A DNA stretch of 58,264 nt from Candidatus Kaiserbacteria bacterium RIFCSPLOWO2_01_FULL_51_21 (lineage in GTDB: Bacteria > Patescibacteriota > Minisyncoccia > Phycocordibacterales > 2-01-FULL-51-21): contig MFLV01000009.1 in NCBI GenBank assembly GCA_001781435.1, positions 435 through 58,698 on the forward strand. Direction: 5' to 3'. The translations under genes and the position numbers were made by a program. This document shows positions 42,120 to 50,994 of the stretch, in pieces (the first letter of the stretch is position 1; the number at the start of each line of letters is the position of its first letter). Under the pieces are notes generated by a model. It was not told where the DNA came from. It did not search any database and worked only from the letters and a program-made list of their open reading frames with translations.

Positions 42120-44104
42120 ACATTATTTACAGGGTTACAAGCGATACAGAGTCCCATGGTTTCTAATTTTTCAAGATAGTTGATAACGGTGTGTACAAAT
42201 TCTGCATGGCTCCATACCAAAGGCGCCGCGGATATCTGCTCCCCGCTCCAAGGGTTCAGTTGCTCAGAAAGTACGCCGGAGGGCAGGGCGTGCGCCACCA
42301 CCCACTCGAGCCATTCTTTGATTTCCACGAAATCTTTCTCGCCCTTTGCCGTGAGAGTAAGATACTGTGCGAACCACAGCGTCGTAATGAACCACGGATT
42401 CGATTCGCGGACACCCTCCACCCTATAGTATTCGTCGTAAGAAAATCGCGGTACGCCGCGGATTCCTTCTTTGAGAAAAAGATGTCCACGAAGAACTTCT
42501 GAGAATTTCGCAAGTCGGGGGTCTTCCGGCAGCAAAACGCCGAAATGAAATAAGCCGAAAAAACTGCTCATATCAAGAGTGGTGTCCGCAAGTATTTTTT
42601 TATCCCCCGCAACCTGTATGAGTTTAAGAAATATGCCGCTTTTCGCATCATAGAGATATTTGAGAATCATTTCTTTAATAGCGAGCGCTCCCTTATTGTA
42701 GGTCCGAGCCGCATCCTCTTTACCAAGAAGGTTCGCAAAATTTGCCGCTGCCATGAGAGCACCGTAGCGCGCACTCATCGTGTAGGTGGTAATGCCGTAT
42801 TTCTGCTCCCAGAGATCATAACTTGGGTGTGGAAGACCTAATGCTGTTTCTTCATAGGTAAGCAAGAAATCTGCGACACTCTTTATGAGCGAGCCGTATA
42901 TGCTTTCAATAAACTCAATGTCTTTCGTTAATCGGTAGTGTTTCCAAAGCGCAAAAAGCACAATTGATGACTCATCCTCCTGAATCGGCAGCTCAGGCTT
43001 CCCTTCTCGAAGCCATGCCTCCCACGAAGAGCCGAGAGACTGGTCGGGACGGTATTTGTGCATGAAGTAACCTTTGCCAGCGGCGACGTCGCCGCAAAAT
43101 TCAAAGAATTTTCTGGCGACACCAAAATCTCCCGCACGATCAAGCGCCATTGCGGCAAACGCCCCGTCGCGCGGCCACATATACGCATAACTATCTCGGC
43201 CATGCTGGAGCATATCCGAATCGCTTGAAGCGATAATGGAGCCGTTATTATCGGCATGCGTGCGAATGATAAAAAGCGACCTTTTAAACTGAGCGATAAC
43301 CCCCTCACTCAAACCGTAGAAACTGAAATTTTGTCGATTTACCCACGCCCGCCAAAAGTCACGGGTGGTTCGGGTGAGATGTGCCGGCGTTTTTTCAAGA
43401 ACATAAGCGTTCAGTGCGTGAACTTCCGCAATAGACTCTCCTACCGCAACCCAGTACTCTACGATTTTTGGCTCATGCGCGAGCGAAAGTGAGACGCCGA
43501 TGACAGAATCGACCGTGCCGTGCTCAATAGGATTTTTGGCAAGTACGCCGTCAGCCGCATCGGTGTGGGTCCCTTCACGTCCTTCAACTTCAAAAAGCCC
43601 GACGCTGTAATCGTCAAAATTTGTCTTATTATGGCGGGCATTAATAAGAAAAACGCGGCGCCCTTTGTAATGGATAATCGCCTCACAACGAGGATCAAAG
43701 TAGACCGTATCGCCGCCATGTGCCTGCGAGAGTTCGAATTGATGCGAAAAAAATACTTTTATATCCCGGGTTCCCTCTCGCAGATTTTCTAGAGTGAATT
43801 CGCGGACCAAAATGTTTTTCTCGTTATAGACAACATCAGTACTGGTACAGGCAATACCGAGCGTCGTATTTGTCGCAACCACCTTTCCTGCAGCGGTTTC
43901 TTTGTCGTACTCGATGCGTATATCCCAGGACGGGTCGGAAAACCAGCGAAGCTGTCCGTCCGCGAATACTCCCACCCGATGCACCTGCCCGACGCCGAGA
44001 TGATTCTCAAGTCCGACATAGGGAAAATAAAAATCACGAACTTGGGCACGGGCATCGAGACCCACAAGGATATGCCCATTGCCAAGTGTAACCGCGCGGG
44101 GCAT
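42116..44104 (-). CDS. glycoside hydrolase family 15 (glucoamylase/glucodextranase-like)
   Basis: 662 aa with YMWPRDGAFAAMAL and a C-terminal (alpha/alpha)6-type region. Confidence 0.8.
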   Translation of the reverse strand: MPRAVTLGNGHILVGLDARAQVRDFYFPYVGLENHLGVGQVHRVGVFADGQLRWFSDPSWDIRIEYDKETAAGKVVATNTTLGIACTSTDVVYNEKNILVREFTLENLREGTRDIKVFFSHQFELSQAHGGDTVYFDPRCEAIIHYKGRRVFLINARHNKTNFDDYSVGLFEVEGREGTHTDAADGVLAKNPIEHGTVDSVIGVSLSLAHEPKIVEYWVAVGESIAEVHALNAYVLEKTPAHLTRTTRDFWRAWVNRQNFSFYGLSEGVIAQFKRSLFIIRTHADNNGSIIASSDSDMLQHGRDSYAYMWPRDGAFAAMALDRAGDFGVARKFFEFCGDVAAGKGYFMHKYRPDQSLGSSWEAWLREGKPELPIQEDESSIVLFALWKHYRLTKDIEFIESIYGSLIKSVADFLLTYEETALGLPHPSYDLWEQKYGITTYTMSARYGALMAAANFANLLGKEDAARTYNKGALAIKEMILKYLYDAKSGIFLKLIQVAGDKKILADTTLDMSSFFGLFHFGVLLPEDPRLAKFSEVLRGHLFLKEGIRGVPRFSYDEYYRVEGVRESNPWFITTLWFAQYLTLTAKGEKDFVEIKEWLEWVVAHALPSGVLSEQLNPWSGEQISAAPLVWSHAEFVHTVINYLEKLETMGLCIACNPVNNV

Positions 44105-44116
44105 CGTGTAAGAAAT

Positions 44117-44425
44117 CTATGAGCGGTACTCCTTGAGAGCTATCGCAACCGCCCGGGCAGCTCCGGCGCGGTTCTTTGCCTTTTGAAGCGCCCGCGCGCA
44201 GTGTTGGTCTTTCAGCACTTCAGAAACCCACTTTGCAAAATCATTCCGGCCCCGATTCACGTGGTAGGCATATATCGCATCATTCATCCCGCTTGAGAGC
44301 GCGCTCTGAAGCGCTCGCAAGTCTCCGAGAATGAGACCGGAACATACCCAAAAGGACTCCGAGGATGCGGCATGGGTAAGTTTCCGCGGGGAGCTTGCTT
44401 TACGAGTTACGGATTTTTTTCTCAT
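44117..44425 (-). CDS. small conserved protein accompanying GH57 (DUF5752-like, from memory)
   Basis: 102 aa; YHVNRGRNDFAKWVSEVLKDQHCARAL. The family assignment is recalled, not searched. Confidence 0.5.
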   Translation of the reverse strand: MRKKSVTRKASSPRKLTHAASSESFWVCSGLILGDLRALQSALSSGMNDAIYAYHVNRGRNDFAKWVSEVLKDQHCARALQKAKNRAGAARAVAIALKEYRS

Positions 44426-44440
44426 ATAAAAACAAAAGAA

Positions 44441-45706
44441 CTAATTGCTAATAACCGCCCGCTCTCTCCGGTTTCCCGACATCCGCGGCGAGCGGCGCGT
44501 TTGCCGAGTGCGTTCCTTTTGTAACCGTAATTTTACATCAGAGAGCACATTCATAAAAGCAATATACGCATCATAGGGCGATTGATACGGATTAAAGTAC
44601 TTATGCACATCCCCATCGGCAAACCACTTGGTGCACATGTAGTAGAAATGGTCCGATGTCTGGAGATAACGCCAATCTTCAATAAGCTTCGCGTCATCCG
44701 TATGAAGCACCTCCTCCTCAAGAGCATACAGCGCCGCGATTGCGGAGCGCTGAATGTCGTTGCCAACCCACGCAGAAAGGTCCCTCTCCGTATCCGCCCA
44801 CGTCAGGATATAGGGAACATCAATCTCGCCTACCGGCTCATAGGCTGCGGCAGTTTGGGACGGTGTTTTGAAAACGGTATCCGGGTGCTTTAGCAGTTCG
44901 CCGGGAAGCGCAGATAAAAAATGAAAAATGCCACTGTCTTCCCATTGGTGCTCGCCGAAGGTTTCGTAATCCATAAAAAGATTGACGGTCTGCCCGTCGC
45001 CATGGTGCGCATTGACCCACTCGGCAAATTTTGGAGCAGTTAAGGGCCATCCCTTCCAGCTGCGCTCCGAAAAGCGAAACGCAACATCGTCGGAGAGCCG
45101 GTAATTTTTAAGGAGCACCTTTATTTTTTTACAGCCGGGGGGACGATACAGGAAATTCGGACTTCGTGAGGCAAGGGCATGATCCCAACCTTCAGCCATA
45201 ATGCCGATGTAGCCGTGCGCTTCAGCCCACGTCGCCAAGTCGTTCCGATATGAGAGTTCGGTGTTCCGGAGTACCTTGGGTACTACGCCAAACAATCGCC
45301 GTATGGTGCGTTCGTGAAGCTCAATTTGGCGCTCAAATTCAGGAAGCGAGTAGAAAAAAGCAAGCGAATGATAGTGGGTGTCGGCAAGAATTTCAACCCG
45401 ACCGGTCGCAATGAGACGCTTAAATGAATCAAGCACCTCGGGAAAATTTTCTTCAAGCTGGTCGAGCAAAACACCAGAAAAAGAAAAAGAAAACGTGAAC
45501 TCTGGATGCCTCTGTAAGAGATCTTGAAGCGTCTGGTTCGTTGGCAGATACGACTTCCCCGCGACTTTTGCGAGTACCCGCCGATTGTTGAGGTCCGTTT
45601 CCGTGGCGTCGTTAAAATAACCGTGGTCGCGTCCGATATCGAACACCCGGTATCGCTTGATGCGCCTTGGCTGATGAACGTGAAAATAATGGCAAACGGA
45701 AAGCAT
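44441..45706 (-). CDS. glycoside hydrolase family 57 (alpha-amylase / glucanotransferase-like)
   Basis: N-terminal CHYFHVHQPRR, typical of GH57. Confidence 0.85.
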   Translation of the reverse strand: MLSVCHYFHVHQPRRIKRYRVFDIGRDHGYFNDATETDLNNRRVLAKVAGKSYLPTNQTLQDLLQRHPEFTFSFSFSGVLLDQLEENFPEVLDSFKRLIATGRVEILADTHYHSLAFFYSLPEFERQIELHERTIRRLFGVVPKVLRNTELSYRNDLATWAEAHGYIGIMAEGWDHALASRSPNFLYRPPGCKKIKVLLKNYRLSDDVAFRFSERSWKGWPLTAPKFAEWVNAHHGDGQTVNLFMDYETFGEHQWEDSGIFHFLSALPGELLKHPDTVFKTPSQTAAAYEPVGEIDVPYILTWADTERDLSAWVGNDIQRSAIAALYALEEEVLHTDDAKLIEDWRYLQTSDHFYYMCTKWFADGDVHKYFNPYQSPYDAYIAFMNVLSDVKLRLQKERTRQTRRSPRMSGNRRERAVISN

Positions 45707-45816
45707 GAGTACGAATTACGAAGTACGAGTTACGAAGTACGAGTTACGAAGTACGAGAAAATTGAAGAGTGCCAAGTTCATGATTCGTAATTCTTAATTC
45801 GTTATTCGTAATTCGG
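45707..45816. repeat. heptamer-repeat locus with facing arms
   Basis: Seven AKTACGA units (45707-45757), a 25-nt spacer, then ATTCGTAATTCTTAATTCGTTATTCGTAATTCGG (45783-45816). The right arm encodes the last residues of the glycosyltransferase. Confidence 0.85.
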
Positions 45817-47032
45817 CTAAAATCCTATGGTACAGCATAACACATTTTTCCGCGGCTTTTCCCCATGTAAGTTTCTGTGCTTCTTCTTTTCCGCTGCGCG
45901 AGAGTTGTTTTTTAAGCGGCGGATAGCGAAGCACTGAAATAATTTTATTCGCCATTTCTTCAGTATCCCAGAAGTCCACCTTAAGCGCGTGGGTAATGAC
46001 TTCGGATACGCCGGACTGTTTTGAAATAAGCACGGGGGTATCGGCAAGAAGCGACTCAAGAGGGGTAATGCCGAAAGGCTCCGAGACCGAAGGAAGAACA
46101 AATAAATCAGCCGCGCGATACAGCCGCTCTAAATCAGCGCCTCGTACAAACCCGCTGAAGAAAACATTTTCCGCGATGCCGATCTCCGCCGCAAGTCGTA
46201 TCATCTGCCGCTCCATATCACCCGAGCCGGCGATAATGAAAAACGTTTTAGGATTTTCGTCGAGAACGCGTTTTGCCGCCCGCAAAAAGTAATCAGGGCC
46301 TTTTTGAAGCGTGAGCCGCCCGACATAGAGCACAATTTTGTAGCCGGGAATCTTAAGCGGGAGGGGCCCCACTCCGTTTTGATATGAGCCGCCTTCTGCA
46401 GTATGAAAATCAACATCAACGCCGTTATGAACCACATGAACCTTCTTCTCTTCAATATGATATCGCTCGATAATCATCCGTCTTGTGTATTCTGAGACAG
46501 CAACGACTGCATCTGCCTCTTCCATCCCCTCTTTTTCTATTGCGTACACACGGCTGTCGGCATGTTCTCCCCCTCCCTGATCAAATCCAGTGGCATGTAC
46601 ATGCACGATAAGGGGTTTCCGGGAAATGCGCTTTGCTTCAATGCCCGCAGGGAATGAGAGCCAGTCATGGGCATGAATAATGTCAAAGTCCTCTCCCTCA
46701 ATAAGTTTCCGAACAAGAGCCGCGTAACGCAAAACCTCCGAGAACAAATTTTCTCCATATATATCTCCCTCTCCCGAGCGCCACCGCGAATACTCTGCGG
46801 CTGTCCGGTAAGGAGTTAAACCCGTCCGAACTCCTTTGAACGCAACCTGTTCAATACCGGCAAAGAGAAAACGCACTGAAGGCTCCGCAATGTTTATGTG
46901 CTTAGGAAGAACAAAGAGAATGTCAACGTTTTCCTTAGCAAGAGCGCGCGCCAAGCCGCTGCAGGCTACGCCTAAACCACCGCTATTGTAGGGAGGAAAC
47001 TCCCAGCCGAACATGAGTACTCGCAATGACAT
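45794..47032 (-). CDS. glycogen-synthase-like glycosyltransferase (GT4/GT5 type)
   Basis: MSLRVLMFGWEFPPYNSGGLGVAC and EPFGITPLESL. ATG at 47032 preferred over the TTG at 47044. Confidence 0.85.
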   Translation of the reverse strand: MSLRVLMFGWEFPPYNSGGLGVACSGLARALAKENVDILFVLPKHINIAEPSVRFLFAGIEQVAFKGVRTGLTPYRTAAEYSRWRSGEGDIYGENLFSEVLRYAALVRKLIEGEDFDIIHAHDWLSFPAGIEAKRISRKPLIVHVHATGFDQGGGEHADSRVYAIEKEGMEEADAVVAVSEYTRRMIIERYHIEEKKVHVVHNGVDVDFHTAEGGSYQNGVGPLPLKIPGYKIVLYVGRLTLQKGPDYFLRAAKRVLDENPKTFFIIAGSGDMERQMIRLAAEIGIAENVFFSGFVRGADLERLYRAADLFVLPSVSEPFGITPLESLLADTPVLISKQSGVSEVITHALKVDFWDTEEMANKIISVLRYPPLKKQLSRSGKEEAQKLTWGKAAEKCVMLYHRILAELRITN

Positions 47033-47099
47033 ATTAAATATCAAAAATCAAAGAGCAAAAAAACACGGAATTTATTTTTTATATCTACTATTTGCTGTT

Positions 47100-47702
47100 T
47101 TATCTGTTTATCCAAGGAACCGGAAACTGATCAAACTCCGGGAGAAGCTTTTTATCGTACAAAAGCCGCGAGATGACTTCGGCATGACAGAGCGCTCCCG
47201 TAAGCGCGTTATGCGGCTTTGGTTCTTCAGGAATTCCGCAATAGTTCAAAACGGCATCAAGGTTAAGAGCTGAACGCTTGTGTTCTTGGTCAATGGGAGG
47301 TGCCATGCCGCGCTTCACCATATGCATGTAAGCAAGCGAATGGGTATCGATTGTCCGATGCGCAAGTGGCCAGTTGGTATGTCCCGCACGCTCGGCGGCT
47401 GATTTCAAAAAATCGCGGTCAAAAGATGGGTTCTGTCCTGCAAGCGTCCGCTCTTCGGCGTTGAGCGCAAAGTCAATGAACAAACGAGTCAATTCCCCCT
47501 CCCCCTGCTTGCGCGAATCCGTGATCTGCTCGCGCGTATAGCCATTGACCGCAAGCGCTTCCTCTTCGATGCGCGCACCATCCCATATGCGACACTCCTC
47601 ATAGAAGCGGCGCTCCGGGTGTTCCAGTTCAAGAGCCCCGACACTCACAATTGAGTGCTTATGATGTTCAGTCCCCGATGCCTCTACATCTACTACTATC
47701 AC
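47100..47702 (-). CDS. DEDD-family 3'-5' exonuclease (DnaQ-like)
   Basis: VVDVEASG, a motif II-like stretch (NPSFDRDFL), and H...D near the C-terminus. GTG start. Confidence 0.75.
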   Translation of the reverse strand: MIVVDVEASGTEHHKHSIVSVGALELEHPERRFYEECRIWDGARIEEEALAVNGYTREQITDSRKQGEGELTRLFIDFALNAEERTLAGQNPSFDRDFLKSAAERAGHTNWPLAHRTIDTHSLAYMHMVKRGMAPPIDQEHKRSALNLDAVLNYCGIPEEPKPHNALTGALCHAEVISRLLYDKKLLPEFDQFPVPWINR

Positions 47703-47715
47703 ACTGATATTTATT

Positions 47716-47748
47716 ATTCGTAATTCTTAATTCGTACTTCGTAATTCG
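47716..47748. repeat. heptamer-repeat locus
   Basis: ATTCGTAATTCTTAATTCGTACTTCGTAATTCG, identical to 49504-49536. Confidence 0.85.
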
Positions 47749-47752
47749 CTTT

Positions 47753-48172
47753 CTATAGTCCCTTGCAATTTGCCGCTGGATGATAGCCGGCGAGCCGCGC
47801 CTCTTCTGTGGTGGCAAACCAAATCTTATTTTCCTCCTTAATCGCTTTTACGCCCGAGCATGACGGCAGGTAGTAAGCGCTGCCATTTCGAGAAGCAACG
47901 AATTGCCCCTCGGCTGTCGACTCGGCCAACTTTTCAATAACTTCTGCCCGCGTGGCAATTCCCTCTTGAGCCGCAGCCGTTTGCGCAGTATTAACAATGG
48001 TAAGAGGTATTTTTGTTTCTTGAACCTTTGAGAGCCGGCCGAGTCCGAAACTGCCGCAACCGACCAAAATAATAACGAGGGCAATCAGGAGATCCCGGGA
48101 TTTGCCAAAAGAAACAAGCTCTGCTATTATTGCAGGCACAATCATTGTTTTCAGTATATCTCGCAACGGCAT
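47753..48172 (-). CDS. membrane-anchored protein with a C-terminal sunset/Ada-like Cys motif
   Basis: A TM helix, then GSAYYLPSCSGVKAIKEENKIWFATTEEARLAGYHPAANC. Confidence 0.6.
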   Translation of the reverse strand: MPLRDILKTMIVPAIIAELVSFGKSRDLLIALVIILVGCGSFGLGRLSKVQETKIPLTIVNTAQTAAAQEGIATRAEVIEKLAESTAEGQFVASRNGSAYYLPSCSGVKAIKEENKIWFATTEEARLAGYHPAANCKGL

Positions 48173-48206
48173 TCAAAAGAAGTTACTTATCCGCAGGTTT
48201 ATCGTT

Positions 48207-48235
48207 ATTCGTACTTCGTAACTCGTACTTCGTAC
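48207..48235. repeat. heptamer-repeat locus
   Basis: ATTCGTACTTCGTAACTCGTACTTCGTAC ends 4 nt before the rpmA ATG. Confidence 0.75.
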
Positions 48236-48239
48236 CCTT

Positions 48240-48512
48240 ATGGCATCAAAAAAAGCGGGCGGAACAGCTAAAAACCTTCGCGACTCTAACCCGAAATACT
48301 TGGGGGTGAAGCTCTCTGCCGGCCAAAGTGCCCGTACCGGGATGGTGATACTGCGCCAGCGCGGTACCCGCGTCCTCCCCGGCCGCAATGTCGGCATCGG
48401 CAAAGACCATACCCTCTTCGCGCTCAAGGACGGTACGGTGACTTTCAGAACCAAGCGCAAGGTTGGCTTCAACAACCAAACCAAGGTTAAAAACGTCGTT
48501 GAGGTACTCTAA
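48240..48512 (+). CDS. rpmA: 50S ribosomal protein L27
   Basis: [24 protein letters not shown]...[14 protein letters not shown]. Confidence 0.95.
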   Translation: MASKKAGGTAKNLRDSNPKYLGVKLSAGQSARTGMVILRQRGTRVLPGRNVGIGKDHTLFALKDGTVTFRTKRKVGFNNQTKVKNVVEVL

Positions 48513-48514
48513 TC

Positions 48515-48541
48515 AAAAACCCGCCTCTCGGCGGGGTTTTG
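48515..48541 (+). terminator. intrinsic terminator after rpmA
   Basis: AAAAA-CCCGCC-TCTC-GGCGGG-GTTTT. Confidence 0.75.
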
Positions 48542-48616
48542 ATTCAATCTAGTTGACTTGACAAATAGTCATTTCATTGCTACATATTAAGAAGTGCAAT
48601 TTGAGGGAGAATCCCG

Positions 48617-49009
48617 ATGAAGCGGCTCTGTTTCTCTGTACTTTCCATGCTCTGCGGTCTTGCCATCTTGGCTACAGCTACCGGCGTGATAGCAGACATT
48701 CACCCGGATAACGTTTTCCAACTCGTCCTTTACGTCATTGGAGCAATCTCTCTGGTGACCTCTATCAACTACGCTATCGAGGCAGGGGCGACAGGCAAAA
48801 TAGCATCCGAGGTCGACTTTCCGCTCGATTCCGATGTGCTCTGGGAAGTCCTGGCAAGCGAGGTTCGAGAGAAAACCGTCTATGCCATTCTCCAAAGCCC
48901 GAGCGGTAAGGTGATCGCCCGAAAATTCCAGGGGGATGCCAAGCTACCTCCGTTCTTCACACGCAAGGACAAGGAGTTCGTCGGCTTCAAGAAGCCCGAG
49001 CCAGCTTGA
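48617..49009 (+). CDS. hypothetical membrane protein
   Basis: 130 aa with two N-terminal hydrophobic helices. No family recognised. Confidence 0.5.
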   Translation: MKRLCFSVLSMLCGLAILATATGVIADIHPDNVFQLVLYVIGAISLVTSINYAIEAGATGKIASEVDFPLDSDVLWEVLASEVREKTVYAILQSPSGKVIARKFQGDAKLPPFFTRKDKEFVGFKKPEPA

Positions 49010-49012
49010 TGC

Positions 49013-49055
49013 CGCCCGACGAAAGCGCCTGCTTTCGTCGGGCGCTTTTGTTTTT
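49013..49055. terminator. bidirectional intrinsic terminator
   Basis: CGCCCGACGAAAGC pairs with GCTTTCGTCGGGCG (14 bp), followed by TTTTGTTTTT. It lies between the convergent 48617 ORF and rplI. Confidence 0.8.
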
Positions 49056-49497
49056 AAAGAGATTGAATCTGTAATATAAAAACCGCCCGTTGCCCTTCTG
49101 TTGAAACAACAATCTCCCGCTCCCCTATTTCTTTAATTGGCTCCGGCAGCTCAATGACGTCTGCAGGAATTTCAAAATGAGCGCGGGCTTGAATTGCTGC
49201 AGCAATATCTGCGCGGTGAATACCTTTGAACAAATGCCCTTTTTCGTTCGCCTTCGCTTCAATGATAATAGTCGTTCCGTTAAGTGAGGTGATATTTTTC
49301 AGAAGTAGATCTGCTTGAAGCTCTTTCTCTTCAACCGAACGCTCGTACTGCGCCTCTAATGCCTTGACATGCTTGGGCGTCGCCGGAGCTGCAAATCCGC
49401 GCGGAATCAGAAAATTTCTCGCATGCCCCTCGGCAACATTTTTCACTTCGCCTTTCCGTCCTATCCCTGCAATCTCGCGCAGTAATACTATTTGCAT
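49054..49497 (-). CDS. rplI: 50S ribosomal protein L9
   Basis: MQIVLLREIAGIGRKGEVKNVAEGHARNFLIPRGFA. Confidence 0.94.
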   Translation of the reverse strand: MQIVLLREIAGIGRKGEVKNVAEGHARNFLIPRGFAAPATPKHVKALEAQYERSVEEKELQADLLLKNITSLNGTTIIIEAKANEKGHLFKGIHRADIAAAIQARAHFEIPADVIELPEPIKEIGEREIVVSTEGQRAVFILQIQSL

Positions 49498-49503
49498 TTT
49501 CTT

Positions 49504-49568
49504 ATTCGTAATTCTTAATTCGTACTTCGTAATTCGACTCCTAATTCCTGCTTCCTTATTCCTGATTC
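49504..49568. repeat. heptamer-repeat locus with a degenerate tail
   Basis: A 33-nt core identical to 47716-47748, then ACTCCTAATTCCTGCTTCCTTATTCCTGATTC, which runs into the 3' end of the protease gene. Confidence 0.85.
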
Positions 49569-50785
49569 AATAACTTTATCGCCGCATCAAGCTGTGGATC
49601 GCGCCCGGCTTTTACGTCATCTTCAGTGCGTTTGATTTCAATATCAGGGTCAAGTCCGTGTTCGGAAATCGAACGTCCATTCGGGGTAAGCCAGCGCGCG
49701 ATAGTCACCTTGAGCGACGCTTTGTCAGTAATATCCACGAGTTCCTGCACCGAGCCCTTACCGAACGTGCGCGTGCCAATGAGTTTTGCCTTGCCGTGTT
49801 CTTGAAGAGCGCCGGCAAGAATTTCCGAAGCGGATGCCGAGCCGCCATCCATAAGAATCGCCATTTTGAGCTCGTCGGTAAAGACATCGTACCCGCGGCT
49901 GCGATGTAAAATCGGTTTGCCGTTTTTGCCTTGTTCTTCACTCACCACTACTTTGCCGGCGGGCAGAAACCAGCTCGCCATATCAACCGCCGCCTCGAGA
50001 TATCCTCCCGGATTGCCTCGCAGGTCAAGGATGAGCTTGGGGGTGCCGGAGAGCGCAAACTCGCGCAGTGCTCCGCGGAAGAGATTCGCCGAAACTGCGG
50101 AGAAATTATAAAGGGAAATAATAAACACACCGTCCTGTTTCTTTGTCTCAATGGTCGGAATTTCAATAACATCCCGAGTAACGGGTATTACCCTGGGCTC
50201 GTTCTCGTCCGTCCGGAGAATAGTGAAACGCACCACCGTGCCGCGCGGGCCGCGAATGAGCTTCACCGCCTTATCGACAGGCATCGCGTCTGCCGAGACA
50301 TCATCAATTTTAGTGATTTTATCCCCGCTCAGAAGACCAGCGCGGATTGCCGGAGAGCCCTTAAGCGGAGTTATCACTACAAGCGCGTTATCCCGAATGC
50401 CAATCTCCATTCCGACTCCCTCAAAGGAGCCGCTGATATCCGCTTGAAAAATTTCTGATTCTTCCGGCGGGAAAAAAACCGTATAAGGATCCCCGAACGA
50501 GCCGGTAAGTCCGGAGATAAGACCGTATATCTTCTTTTCGTCTGAGAGTTCTTGCGTCGTCGAAGCCGGAACGAATTTTTCATTCAAAACGTTCCAAGTC
50601 CTCCACACTGGCGCAAAGTTGACCCCCGCGGGTTCCGCGTCAAGGGAGGAAGTAAAAATACTGGGAAGAGGTTCTGGCAACACCAGAGAGCCGCTTACAA
50701 CGACCCCTGCAGAAAAACCTCCGGCAAAAAACAGCACGCATACGAGTGCAAAGAGGAAAATAGACCTTCCGGAGACAAAATGCAT
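49556..50785 (-). CDS. carboxy-terminal processing protease (S41 family)
   Basis: Signal anchor, PDZ domain (PLKGSPAIRAGLLSGDKITKIDD) and DLRGNPGGYL. Confidence 0.92.
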   Translation of the reverse strand: MHFVSGRSIFLFALVCVLFFAGGFSAGVVVSGSLVLPEPLPSIFTSSLDAEPAGVNFAPVWRTWNVLNEKFVPASTTQELSDEKKIYGLISGLTGSFGDPYTVFFPPEESEIFQADISGSFEGVGMEIGIRDNALVVITPLKGSPAIRAGLLSGDKITKIDDVSADAMPVDKAVKLIRGPRGTVVRFTILRTDENEPRVIPVTRDVIEIPTIETKKQDGVFIISLYNFSAVSANLFRGALREFALSGTPKLILDLRGNPGGYLEAAVDMASWFLPAGKVVVSEEQGKNGKPILHRSRGYDVFTDELKMAILMDGGSASASEILAGALQEHGKAKLIGTRTFGKGSVQELVDITDKASLKVTIARWLTPNGRSISEHGLDPDIEIKRTEDDVKAGRDPQLDAAIKLLNQE

Positions 50786-50820
50786 CTGTGCATTATCGCA
50801 GATGCTTGAAAGGCGGGCAA

Positions 50821-50975
50821 CCCCGTTAGAAGTAGGTCGTTCAGACTCTGATGAGTCTTCAGACTCGATGAGGCGCGTGCGTTAGAAAATGCCCTATCGA
50901 AATCAAACCCGCACTTGCGAGAATAATTTTAGTATTCCCCAAATGACACTGTGTCGCCCGCGACTTCTAACGGGG
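50821..50975 (-). repeat. CCCGTTAGA-arm palindromic element, copy 5 (diverged, between divergent genes)
   Basis: Arms CCCCGTTAGAAGT (50821-50833) / ACTTCTAACGGGG (50963-50975). The arm-adjacent sequence matches copies 3 and 4 when read on the minus strand. Confidence 0.75.
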
Positions 50976-50982
50976 CAACCCC

Positions 50983-50988
50983 TATAAT
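50983..50988 (+). promoter_or_regulatory. -10 box (TATAAT) 6 nt upstream of the corA-like ATG
   Basis: A perfect TATAAT. No clear -35; that region is occupied by the right arm of element copy 5. Confidence 0.45.
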
Positions 50989-50994
50989 GAAAGT

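Noticed and set aside
50848-50855. CTGATGAG inside element copy 5, identical to the hammerhead ribozyme core box. A CTGATG also occurs in copy 4.
   Set aside because: The string is simply the loop and stem of a local hairpin (AGACT-CTGATG-AGTCT) that is tandemly duplicated. I could not find the matching GAAA box and three-helix junction.
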